A DNA stretch of 63,971 nucleotides, counting the filler, from Reticulomyxa filosa (taxonomy: Eukaryota; Protista; Foraminifera), in the NCBI GenBank assembly GCA_000512085.1. It is 22 parts of 22 records of this genome, joined end to end, with 100 filler letters (N's around TTAATTAATTAA, not from the genome) between each part and the next. Parts side by side here need not be neighbours in the genome. Positions count along the whole stretch, not along the records: positions 20,849 to 35,056 come from ASPP01003623.1; positions 35,157 to 37,066 come from ASPP01027701.1; positions 37,167 to 39,317 come from ASPP01041348.1; 19 more parts are not named here. The stretch is one strand, 5' to 3'. Below the pieces are notes generated by a model, which worked only from the letters and a program-made list of their open reading frames with translations, had not been told where the DNA came from and ran no database searches. The position numbers and the translations under genes were made by a program. Position 1 is the stretch's first letter, and every line of letters begins with the position of its first letter. Positions 26,301 through 38,161 of this stretch are shown here, piece by piece.

Positions 26301-28055
26301 TTGGAAAATAAATTGTGGAATACGTTGGCGCACTGTTGGCGAAGCAGTCGACGTTGGACTAGATGTTAGAGCATTCGTTGGAAAAAATGTTAGCACTTGT
26401 TGGTGAATAAATTGGTGAATGGTTGATCATCAGTTGACTGGGTCGCATTTGTTGAGTACGTTGAGCGCTTGTTGGGGCATCAGTTGGATAAGGTTGGCCA
26501 GTGTCGGAGCGCATGTGGAGAATTGGATGAGACGTTGATGAATATGTTGGTATTCGTCGGAACACCCGTTAGCAAATAGGCTGATGAATGAGTTGGCGAC
26601 TTCGTTGATGCACTGTGACTCGTTGGCGTATTTGTTGGTGAGTCGTGGGGCTTTATGTTATAGCGCCGTTGGATATGTTGGAGAGAATGTTGGTGCAGTA
26701 GTCGAATAATGTTGTGATTGCATTAGTGCATTTGTTGACGACTCCGTTGGTGCATTCGTTGATGAAAAGTCAGCAGTATGCCGGACTATATGTTGGATGA
26801 AGGTTGGCGCATCCGTTGGCATTCGTTGGCGAAAGTTGGCGACTGCGTGGATGCATTGATCGGTGACTCCGTTGAGCATTTGTTGGTGAATAAGTTGGAG
26901 ACTCCATTGGCGCATTCCTTGATGAATAAGTTGGCGAGCACGTTGAACTAAATGTTGGGGCACCCGTTGGAAAATAGATTGGACAGAATTTCAGCGCATC
27001 CGTTGGGACATTATTGGCAAATAGTTCGAACGTTGGACATCAGTCGGTGAATGTGTTGGAGCTCCTGTTGGATACGAAATTGGGCTCAAATTGGATGTCT
27101 GGTTGTATCTTGTTTGGCTTTTTGTGAGATGCTTGGTTGTTTCGTTAGTTGCTTGGTGATAGCCTGTAAGTCAAAACGTATATTGTACATATTTTAGTCA
27201 AAAATACTATTAGTCGCACAAAAAACAAAACTTGGTTTGACACTAAGCACTGCGAAGATCGCCAATCCTTCAAGGTGATGACTTGGTTGTCATTGATAAC
27301 ATGTTGAGTTGAAGGTTTCAACTAGCAAATCATTGTAAGTGATATTTTAACAGGAACCACCAAAAGTTAGTCAATTTTTTTTGAATTTCGTCCAGTTGAC
27401 AAGTTTATTGTCATCACAGTCAAATATCAATTCCTGCCTAAAACATTATCTAGAAATCTTTGTACCACCATAACGCATTCATTCGATACCTTCTTTTAAT
27501 TCTCGCAAATAATGTACCATGTTTTCTGAAACGTCATCCAAATTGACTTGGACGCTCACGATCCAAAGTCCATGTTGCCCGTTTGACAATTAGTCCCGCA
27601 GTCGAAATAAATGAAGTTGGTGGATATGTTGGTGGTTTGTTGCGCCAAAATAGTTGTTTGACTGCATGGCAATACATTTGAATAAGCGATACTGGCTGAA
27701 TTAGCAAAGTTTGTTGGTTCAATGTACCAAATTTTGCCTGGTCTTCGCTGGTTGATGCGATCCATGTGAAGCACGTCGTTTTTGAGAACTCGACTGAAAG
27801 CATTTGGAAGTGAGGAATAAATGAATGGCGACGCCCATCTGTTTCCGTTTGGATTTGTCCATTTTCTGAATCAACAGCCACGAACGTAAGGAACTTTTGC
27901 CTGCCCAAGTCAATCAACTGTCCGGTAATGTAAATGTATACTGCCGCCTGCGATACCATAACCAATTCCATGCTGCTGTTAAATGTGTGCGTCAGTTGCA
28001 AGCCCACTTTGTCTGATTTGGGAAGTCGATACTCTTCCCGCCGTTGTCCACTCAA
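23400..28055 (-). pseudogene. Decayed gene for a large mucin-like protein with a PT-repeat stalk
   Basis: A globular exon (27534..28055) is followed by ~2.8 kb of SPTYSPT/NAPTESPT repeats in constantly shifting frames, then further broken coding sequence. Confidence 0.6.
24290..27100 (-). repeat. Degenerate 12-nt-period array encoding xxPT tetrapeptides
   Basis: Dense recurring gttgg/gtcgg (CCAAC/CCGAC on the minus strand). Fragments translate to FSPTYSPTYSPTYS and PTESPTN. Confidence 0.85.
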
Positions 28056-29420
28056 TGACGAATCATGAAAAATTTTTGCTTTGAAAAATGCCCAACTGGA
28101 TCCTGGGTCTTGGTCCGTATCACCAGTATCTATTTAATGTTTTTAATTTTTTTTTGTTCACCAAAAAGATTACACGTGTATAAATATAATTTTACTATAT
28201 ACAAATGCTTTAAAAAAATTTATCCCCTTTTTTTTCATTGTACGTTTTTTTTTTTGCTACCCTTTTGCTTGCAATTTTTTGAGGACATGAAATGAACACT
28301 TTCATTAACTTTGTGAATTACAAGTCGTTGATAATTGTGAACCGGCGCCTAATATTGTTATTCCATGTGCTACTATGAGTTTCTGTGCAAAACCTATTTT
28401 TTTTTAAACACAAAAACAACCAATTTTTATGTGAAAGCTTTTTTTTTCCAACACCATTGTCTTTCAAAAAGTTTTTTTAATATCTAGTAAAACTCAAAAA
28501 AAAGCGCGTGCATACAAAAACAAAAAAACACGGAAAAATTCTTGCAAATTAACTGATTGCAACGCTAAACAGCAACAAAAGAATTGTATTCATTGAAGCG
28601 TTTTCTTCTTTTTTTTTCGCAAGCATTCTCAACGCAAACGAGAAATAACTTTTGTCAACGTTCAAAATAAACAAAAGTTGAATAGAAACAAAATAAGGAA
28701 GAAAGTACAATGAAAAGGTATAATAAACCACAAAAATAAGACAACGAAACACTAAAGCTAAAAGCAAAACTAAAACTCACCAAAAGGGGCGCACGTGGAA
28801 AAGTCTCGTTGTACGTATATTTGACTTTGATAAAAATGCTTGCAGTGAAAAACGTGATAAACTACCAGCTCAAATTATAAAACAAATCCAATGTATAGAG
28901 CAAAATTAAAATTGTTTAAATTTATTTTCACAAGTATCCAGGGATTTAAAAATAAGAATCCCTAAAGCAAGTGCACAAAGCTAGTGACAGAAAATGACTG
29001 TCTCAGTCCATAGGCCCCGTTTCGTGCGTGTTATGATTGGCGATTATGATCCATTAAATGATGAAAATGCAATACCACATCGGTTGAATATTTAAAGTTT
29101 GTGTTATTTTTGACATCCCAAAAATGGAAAATATGAAGAGACGCTGTACAACAATGATTGTTTCATAATTTACATTACGTATGCTTCATTTATTTGGAGT
29201 AGATACGTTTTATTTTTTTCGTGGGAGATATTGAAAAGCTTGCAATTGAAAAAATATAATTATATTGTTATTTGTTGGGAAAAATGCAAACAAGGACAGG
29301 GGCTGAAGATTCAAGAAAAAAAAAGATGATATCTTTCAAAGAAATTAAAACAGGCACAATTTTTTTTTTTTAAGTAACAAAAAAACAAAGGATTCGGATC
29401 GATTTGTTTTTTTTTTTAGT

Positions 29421-31549
29421 TTACCAGTCGATAATTTTGTAGTCTTTCAAAAATACTCCACAGAAAAGATGTCCTTTCAACCCACACCAAATTGGATGCA
29501 AAACTCTAGCAGCACCATCCACCTCGTCAAGAGGTGGATGAAAAGCAAACTCACTTCTTTCGTCGTGCTCTTCTCCTTGGAGTGTATGTTTTGAGCCCGG
29601 AAGACCTAAGATTTTGGCTTTGACCCTTTTTTTCAAGGGAAGTTCATCAGTGACCCAGCCAGTGTCAACACTGGTCATATAGCAATTGTGATCTTTCGCC
29701 ATTTGCTGTCCGGACGTTCTGGTCAGCATGTTCAGTGCCGCTTTGGCCATATTGGTGTGAGGATGAGTGCCCCTTTTATTGTGATGAAAGCAGCCCTCCA
29801 TTGCGGAGACATTGATAATGAAGCTAGTCTCTGTGGTGCCTGCGCGAGACAATAGCGGCAGCAAATGATTTATCAATAAAAACGGAGCGAATTGGTTTAC
29901 AACGATTGTTTCCATCGCCTATTGGTTTATAAAATATAAATATATAAATATATATGTGTACATATATACTATATATATACCATATATGAATAAATTAAAT
30001 TACCTCAATGGGATGAACTTCTCCCACTTTGGCAGTCCACGAGTTGTGATCTCGTAAATCCAAAGGCTGACTGTGTTCGTCATAATTGCCAAAAGTGGTG
30101 ATGACTTTGTCCACCATTGTTTTGGTGGTGGTTAAATCAAGGTTTTTCTTCCAAGTTTCCTGGGATAGCTCATTGTTGGAAGATTCGGTTGAACTTTTAT
30201 AAACTAAGTATATAAGTGCATATAAACATATATACATATATACATATATATATGTATGTAAAACTCTTAATTCAACTTTGCAATGTCATCAAATTATCAT
30301 TTGTTTTTTTTTTTTTAAAAAAAAAGTAAACCAGTCAGTTGGTCGATATCTTTCAAATAGGAAGACGAGCCCAAGACCATTTGCTGTGAAATGTTAGCAG
30401 GCAAGGATTTGGTAAGATAGTTGGTTTCGATGGCGACGACGTCTTGATAAAAGGAAGGGTCTTTTCGAACGGTGGTGGCGGCGTTGTTAATGAGGAAATC
30501 GATCTTGGTGAAACGCGACAGCGTCCATTGGATGAACTTCATGACGCTCTTCAAATCCAAGAAGTCGACACCGTATACACACAGACGGTCTTTCCATTGA
30601 TCAAAGTCGGACTCCTGACTATATCGCAGCACGGCATACTTTGGGAAGCGCGTGGTCACCACCACGAAGCACTGACGTCGCAACAACTTCAACACGATCT
30701 CATAGCCGATCTTGATGCGTCCTCCGGTCACAATCGCCACTCTGCCACTCAGATCCTCGCTGTCCAAGCGCTGCTTGTAGTTCTCATCGCCACACGTCTC
30801 GCACATTTGGTCGTAAAAGTGGTGCAGCTTCCAATACTTTTGCTTACAAATGTAACAACACCGCACAAAGTTTAGCTCGCTCTTTGCCTCGTCTAGTGAC
30901 TGTCGCAGCTGTGACAAGTACTCGGATCTTGCCATATTTTCATTGTCATTGGTATTCATATTGGCATTCATATTTGTTTCGATATTAATATTCATGCTTG
31001 TATTCTCATTTATACTTTCATTTTTATTATTTCCATTTTTATTTTCATTTGCATTTCCATTTGTATTTGCATTTGCGGTCGAATTATTTTGATCGTTCTT
31101 CCTTTTCTTACCAGGTCGCCTTCTGCTTATGGGCTGTTATTGATCAAATGGATATGTGCATGTGCATATGCATGTGCGCGTGTTGGGATGACATATACAC
31201 ATGCAAAGATATATGTGTATATATATGTATACATATGTACTTACTTGTGTATTGTTTGCAATGGCTGACTTCCTGTCAACGGTGGTCCCGTGGCATTGCA
31301 GCATTTGTTCGCGTGACAATGAGTCCAAGATTTCATCTTTCTTTTGTTTGTTTGTTTGTTTATTTGATTGTGTTGAATAGACAACAGAGCAAACACCTCT
31401 CGCCCTTCCTCTGTATGTGTGAACAAATAGGAAAGGGGAGGAGGGAAAAAAACGACAAAACTTGTGTTTTGACAACAGTCGGGCAAAATTGCTTTTGCAA
31501 AGGATTGCGATACACACTTTGAACAGATGTAATGTCTGTATCATCATCA

Positions 31550-31605
<56 letters not shown>

Positions 31606-32719
31606 GCCTTGCTTATTCGTATAGCGTTGTTCTTGTTCGTGTTCACTTTCAGTGTCATGTTCACTTTTCTGTCCGAGCTCAACCCCTCCTTCTTGAAGTG
31701 GTAATTGTTGCTGTTGTTGCTGTTGTTGTTGTTGTTGTCGATGATGTTTTCGACTACGCTGTATCTTCTTCTTAATCTCTTGACACAGGTTTGCGGGGAC
31801 GTAGTTGTTATGAAGTCGCACGATGGGCCATTTGGCAAGCGGAAACTCGTCAATGAGCCGCTGCAAGTACAGAGCGCCTTGAGTCGAGACGCAGTTGCGT
31901 TCGACGGACAGCTTGTCAAACTTGGTGTCGTTGTCGTTGTCGTTGCCGTTGTTGTTGTTGACGGCAATCCAAGCCAGACTGTCGGCCAAGGCCTGAAAGC
32001 CGACATCGCCAATGTGATTGGGCAAGGCACCGACCGCAACAGTGTTTGCAGCATAGCCTTTTGTACATCAAATCATGTCATGCATTTTACAAAAAAGGAT
32101 CAAATATATATATATATATGTATGTATATATACCTAAATCTAAGTAAATAAAGTTGGGATGCGAGCCAATGGCAAAAGCCAAGGCCTGTGCTCCGGCATC
32201 GCCGATGGAACAGCTTCGCAAGCTCAAAACTTTGAGCTGTTTGGCATGACATACAGCCTTGGCAATGGCGATAGCGCCGTCGTCGCCGAGAGGATTGGAT
32301 GTGAGATACAGTTCGGTGATGTGCGAGCAATGGACGAGCAGTCTGGTGAGATGCTGCGCCGCAAATGCGCCGGTCAGACCCAACGCGCCCAAGAACAGAC
32401 GCTGCAGTCCGCTCTCGCGGTTGCTCAGAATCGCGTCGATGATATAGCTCAGCCTTTTTCGCCGATTCCCGTGGACACCAGGTCCAATGTCCGCAGATGC
32501 GTGTTCACTTTCAGCATGTCGCCGAGTTCCTTCGCGCCCTTCCATCCGAGTGGATTGCGCTTCAGCCACAGTCCACGCACTGTCTTGTTGTTCTTCAATG
32601 CCTGCGACAGGGCCGTCGTACCGTCCGTTTTTATCAGGTTGCATCCTAAAAATATTGTCTCTACTTTGTTGTTCGCTTCGATCATCTCTGCCACTGCCTT
32701 GAAAAAATTGTAAAGTATT

Positions 32720-32750
<31 letters not shown>

Positions 32751-33821
32751 TAAATAAAATAAAATAAAATAAAAAATAAATATAAAAAAAAAAGTTGTTA
32801 CCTTTGCGCCGTGGTCACCAATGCCATTCGCTCCCAATAACAATGCTTGTATGCACTGGTTGTGCTTCATCACTTGGGCGATGCTGGTGGCGTGATTGGG
32901 CCCCAGCTTTTGCTTGCACAAGTCCAGACGCTGTGACCCGTCTTGATCGCGAATCAGCGTGCCCACTTTAAACGCGGTCGTGTTTGCCAATGGGGTGTTG
33001 TTCTTGATCATCTCTATGCACTCCTCCAAGTCTCGTTCCGAACATGTTACCAATACTTGTTCTCGGAACATGTGGTCGTCAATGTTCTTTGCTGCGTGCA
33101 CGGTCACTTCTTTTTTTTCTTCTTCTTCTTCTCTTTCTTTTACCTCGCCCATCTCAAGCGCCATTCGTGTCTCTGTTTCCTCATACCCCACTTCGGCCTC
33201 TGTCAGCTTTCGAAACTTTTCCGACACCTTTTTGCGTTCCATTCTTTGTTGGCGGATCCCTGTTTGCGCTTGTTTTTCAAAATCTTTCATTCGCAAGTGG
33301 TACATTTCCAATTGTTTTCTTTTTTTTTTTTTTTTGATTGGGTGTGGATTGGATAGTAATTGATTGGTTGATAAAAAAAAAAAAAAAAAGGTTGTTAATA
33401 CCATGAGGACATTTTTTTTTTTTGTGCAAAAGAGCACTCCCCTTTTGGCTAGTTTTTTTTTTAAAAAAAAAAACAACAAAAGCTCAGACTTGGCGTGTAT
33501 TTTCCCCGCTTCTCGACATTGGGTCACGTAGTCACCCAGTGTTTTGATGTATGGCACAAATTTCTTAAACGTCGGCTCATTCAACAGCTTTGGCTTGTTG
33601 CACAGCTTCAATAACACCTTCTCACATATCAAAATGTCTTCCAGTCGTAGGCTATCTTTGTTGCTGGGGTTCTTCCATTGCATCTCTTGTGGAGGCTTTA
33701 TTGCTTCTCGTTTCTCCTCTTCCACTTGCGGTCTCAAATCTGGACCGACGTCGGGCTCATTTTCCGAAGAATTTTCTGCGGAAATCTTTTTTTTTTTTGA
33801 TACATCCCCCCCCTCTCTCAT
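29421..33821 (-). CDS. Multi-exon fusion protein: helical N-terminus, RNI-like LRR domain, poly-Q/N linker, CxxC...CxxC Zn ribbon, atypical short-chain dehydrogenase/reductase
   Basis: LRR motifs: RLDLCKQKLGP, LLLGANGIGDHGAK, GLWLKRNPLG, ELYLTSNPLGDDGA. SDR motifs: CYICK..HHFYDQMCETCG, VAIVTGGRIKIG, TTRFP, LINNAA.TVR, NVSAMEG, HPHTNMAKAALNM, VDTGWVTDE, FLKDY..IDW*. Phase-compatible GT-AG introns link the exons from the LRR through to the SDR (e.g. 32133-32058, 30331-30204, 30003-29919). There is one 1-nt frame break at ~32455. The true start is uncertain, with a possible upstream exon to ~34100. Confidence 0.8.
31548..31605. repeat. (ATT)n microsatellite encoding poly-Asn in the LRR-SDR linker
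   Basis: Pure ATT run in frame with ORF 31360..32025. Confidence 0.9.
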
Positions 33822-34839
33822 TCTTTCGTTCAAAAATATGACAGAAAGGACTGCATATTCATTTAAAGAGGAGGGGAAAAAAAAAACATGCCTTGGGAAA
33901 AAGCCTTGAAGAAGATTTGTCAATCCATTCCCATTCCAAATGGTGAATTAATAGTTTGGTCTCTTTTTTCGTGTGCAGCTCTGCCAAAGTCGGCTTTTCA
34001 TTAACCAGTACATAAAAATTATCGCCTTCTCTTAGATCTTCCAGACAATATTTGATATGACTGGACATAATCCGCCTTGCTTGATGGAAACCTTTCTTCA
34101 AAAAAAAAAAGATCTCAATGACATGTTCGTCAAACGAGTTTTTTAAAAGTTCTGTCTTTCGCCGTTGTTCGTTTAGTGTTTATTCATTGTCTTGAAGCAG
34201 TTCCTTGTTTCTCTTTGTTAAGTAAGCCACAAGCCGAAGAACAACCGATTGAAATAATTGGTTTAAGTACTCTTAACTGATTTGTATTACTAGTTTTATT
34301 TCTAACGACGGTAGCATTTAGTCTCAAAAGCTTGAATAGTCCAACAACAAAAATCGTTTTCTTATTTTTGTTCTCATGCAGTGTTTTTGTATTTCCGACA
34401 TGCGCGTTGAATGTTGTAAATGCCAATGGGAGAAGAAAAAAAAAAAAACGACAACAAACAACAAAATGTTGATTTTCGTTAAAAAAAGTTTGAGACGACT
34501 ATATTAACTGAGAAAGATTATGTTTGTGTAATAACAAACACAAAATCGATATGACTATGTTATTATAGCAATTACAAAAAAAAAAAAAAAAAGTGACATT
34601 ACACTCCGAGAAAAGGTTCGAATATTCGGATTAGTGGAACAAACATACTTTCATACAAAAATAAAATTTTTTTTTTTTTTTTTTTTTTTTGTTGCTCCCT
34701 AATGTTATATTTATAGTTTTCTTTCTCCCCTTTTCCCTCCCGTTTTCTCTTCAGACAAGGAAAATGACCCAAAGTTGCCAAACGGAACTAAGGATTTAAT
34801 AGACATTACACGCCGTTTAGGCCGGACGTGTATGATACG

Positions 34840-35008
34840 TTAGAGGTTATACTGTGCAAGATGTTGCTGCAGTGCGGCTACCTTTTGGACTAAAAAAGGT
34901 CCCCACTTGAGTTTTTGTAACTCGTTCAAATCAACTGATGTTTGAATTTGGAATAGCAGCTCGTCGCGATAACGCCACTGGGGTCTGTCCATCGACCTTC
35001 CAATGACA
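34840..35008 (-). CDS. Terminal exon of a hypothetical protein
   Basis: The minus frame VLQTVIGRSMDRPQWRYRDELLFQIQTSVDLNELQKLKWGPFLVQKVAALQQHLAQYNL* follows a poly-A/AG acceptor. Confidence 0.5.
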
Positions 35009-35015
35009 GTTTGCA

Positions 35016-35056
<41 letters not shown>

Positions 35057-35156
35057 NNNNNNNNNNNNNNNNNNNNNNNNNNNNNNNNNNNNNNNNNNNN
35101 TTAATTAATTAANNNNNNNNNNNNNNNNNNNNNNNNNNNNNNNNNNNNNNNNNNNN

Positions 35157-36890
35157 CAATAACGAAACGATTTACCGACCGAGTGTGAATCACAAAGGAC
35201 AATGGTTCCATTCGAACGCGCATTTGACAATGGAACAACGGAGTTGGAATATCAAGCCATTTGTGCCGACAAGCGTGGATTCACAAGAAGAAGAAGAGCG
35301 AGGAACGAGGAGAAGGAGGAAGAGATAGCAAAGACGAAGAGCAATTGAATTACCAATACCCATACATTGCAGGACAATTGATAGATGAAAATAACGAAGC
35401 AAATGGCACAGATAATGATAAAAGTAATATCAATGTGAATGGCAGTAGTAACGGTAATAGCAGTGGTGGCAGCAGCAGTACCAGCAATGCAAACCTTGTT
35501 CAAAAACATGGAGAAACGAATACAAACAAAAGTCATAATCCCATGGGCAGTTGCAGCGGCAGAAACAATACGATTTTGACGGAGTTGGATAAATGCATTG
35601 AATGCAACCTAATGTATTTGCCCCCGTCAACAAAAACTGGATGACTTGCGCAAAAAGTTTTTATTTTTTGGGGACAAACAAAAAATGAACTAAGATAAAA
35701 CACCTCTTTTTTTTAAAAAAAAAAAATTAGATTCGACTTAGATAAACGCGAGCTATGCGTTAGTAATCGCTGGCATGAATTGCAATCTTCTCCAAAGTCA
35801 TTCAAAGCTTTCCAGAAAAATTGTCTTTGAATTTTGGCAAAGATGTTGGCTTCATCAATGGCATTCTGTTTTGTTTTTGTTGTGACTGATTGTGCAATTG
35901 TGCAATAATGCAGTTTGAGACTTTGATTTGCGTCATGTTCACTAGTGTTTGTTTGTGAAATTATAGAACACATTTACTGGACATGCTCGTTGCAGAGGGA
36001 AATGGAGTGATCGCACACACACACGAGATATCGTCGCGCAATGTTTTCTTAAAAACAGTCGCTTTTTTGTGCGTTGTTCCAAAAAATACGACGAGAAACA
36101 TTTTTTCACTAAGTTAACCCGAAATATTATACTACACACATGATAACTATGACTTTATGATTCGAATATACGCACATATACACATATATGCTGCAGAATA
36201 ACTGACTCAAATTTCTCCAAGTGATCAAATCCTTTTGTGAACATTTGAAACCGGAGGTATGTAATATGGTGGTCACAATGTGTTGAAGTATTTGATCGAC
36301 AAGACATTTATGGAAAGCCAGGTGAAAATGGAAGAGGTATTGAAAAGCATAGAAGATAAAACTGGCCCTTCCATCTTCAAAAATGAGTTGTTTTTATTGC
36401 TCTTTCACAACTCGATGTTGTCCAGAGTCTCAAATGCAATCACTTCGTCGTTTAAATCGCATTTGTTCGATGCGTTAGTGTGTTATTTAAATGACATTTT
36501 TGTCAAGTCCAAAGATGCAATGGAATTTATTCAAGCCAAAATGCAATGACAAAAAAATAAAAGTTTTTTAAATTTAAATTTTTTTTAAAAAAAACATTTG
36601 CGTATACGTCAATAGATTGATTTGTATTTGTTTTGAAATACCAAACGAAAAAGTCACTATTATCGATATTGCAAGGCTCGCCAATGGGCCTGACACAGTC
36701 GCAATTGCGTCCAATTCCTCGAACGGATTTGGATATTTACTGCGGAAGACATTCGGGCTGTTGCCTTTGGAAATACACTGTCCGAAATTGTATTTGAAGT
36801 GGAGTCGAACAGATCAGCCTTCGTTTCAATCGATTGTCGACACAATTGAGCAGTATTTCTCATCGAAGCTTATCGACAACAATGTGCTTG
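35157..36890 (+). pseudogene. Fragmented hypothetical gene (frameshifts and stops)
   Basis: Protein-like pieces at 35261..35644, 36280..36549 and 36617..36916, with premature stops and frame switches. Confidence 0.4.
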
Positions 36891-37166
36891 CTATACACAA
36901 TAATAATATAAAATAATAATAATAATAATAATAACAATTGTTTCAGCTGCGCAACTCCACGAGTTTTAATTTGTTGTATTCCTCTCAGGGATATCCAGTC
37001 GCTTAGCCGCAGTACTACGGCATCCCCAACCACTTGTTTTCGCTCTATCTGTTTTCTAACAGTTGGNNNNNNNNNNNNNNNNNNNNNNNNNNNNNNNNNN
37101 NNNNNNNNNNTTAATTAATTAANNNNNNNNNNNNNNNNNNNNNNNNNNNNNNNNNNNNNNNNNNNN

Positions 37167-37938
37167 AGTTTGTAAAAGGGCAAGTAATCAAAGATCAACT
37201 GGATCCACGCTTGCAATCGAGATTTCCATTATCTCATTCATGGGTTTGCATAAGCTCAATGCTCTCGACTTGGCCGCTTTCACCACGGACTCAAGTGATA
37301 CAACTCATTCATCCGTGGCAGAAATATCATCTTCTTTTTTTTTATATTTTATGTTTTTATTTAATTTTATACGTTTACAATGTCCGTCACAATATCTTTT
37401 GCTATTCCTTCATCTTCTCATCATTTTCCTCTTCATTTAACTAGTATTTGCTGCTGATTCAAATCGTACAAATATTTTATCAATTGTCTTTGATTCCACT
37501 TTTTGGTTTGCAGCTGTTTATTATCAGATTGAATTATGTGCACCTCCCTATCCCCACTTTCTTCTATAAAAACAGTATATACATATATATGTATACATAT
37601 GTATATGCGTATCAACTCTTAGGTATTGAGAATCAGAATTAGTCACCAACTTGGCGGCTAATACGTCACCACAGATAAAATCTGTTGGAACTACATCCTT
37701 TGTGGGGCCACCTATATATTCTATCGACAACAGGTAAACAACTGGAACGGCATGTGCTGGCTTTGGCTTTTCTTCTAACGGCTTCCGCTTTCGTCATTTG
37801 TGCATTCATCTCGACGTTCTTTTCCACACGATTTAGCTTTGAGCTTTTGCGACTTCTATGAGACTTGTGATGGTTGGAAGTTGTTGATTTGCCACTATCA
37901 TGTGGAGTTTTCGACCGTGGAGAGTGCTTCTCAGTCAT
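37167..37938 (-). pseudogene. Decayed hypothetical gene with a basic Ser/His-rich N-terminus
   Basis: Starts MTEKHSPRSKTPH..., then switches frame, with a TA-rich intron and in-frame stops. Confidence 0.4.
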
Positions 37939-38161
37939 TATCTTCAAATTTAAAAGGGTTAGTCTCAAGTGTTTTTTTTTAACTGAGTAAAAAACTCAAC
38001 GTACCAAATTTCAAACAAAACCAAAATATTTTTGTAATTTGTCACTTTTTTCTTGTTAAGAACATGTTCTCAAATTTTTATTTTTTTATTTTTTTTTTTT
38101 AAACAACTTCAACTTATATACTCCCTTGACCGAACATATAATCATCAGTAAAAACAAAAAA

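Noticed and set aside
31137-32713. Alternative-frame and antisense ORFs (31137..32054 poly-Ile/Thr, 31705..32151, 32159..32713)
   Set aside because: They are mostly shadows of the LRR exons and trinucleotide repeats. Only a short part of 31137..32054 is used as a real exon.
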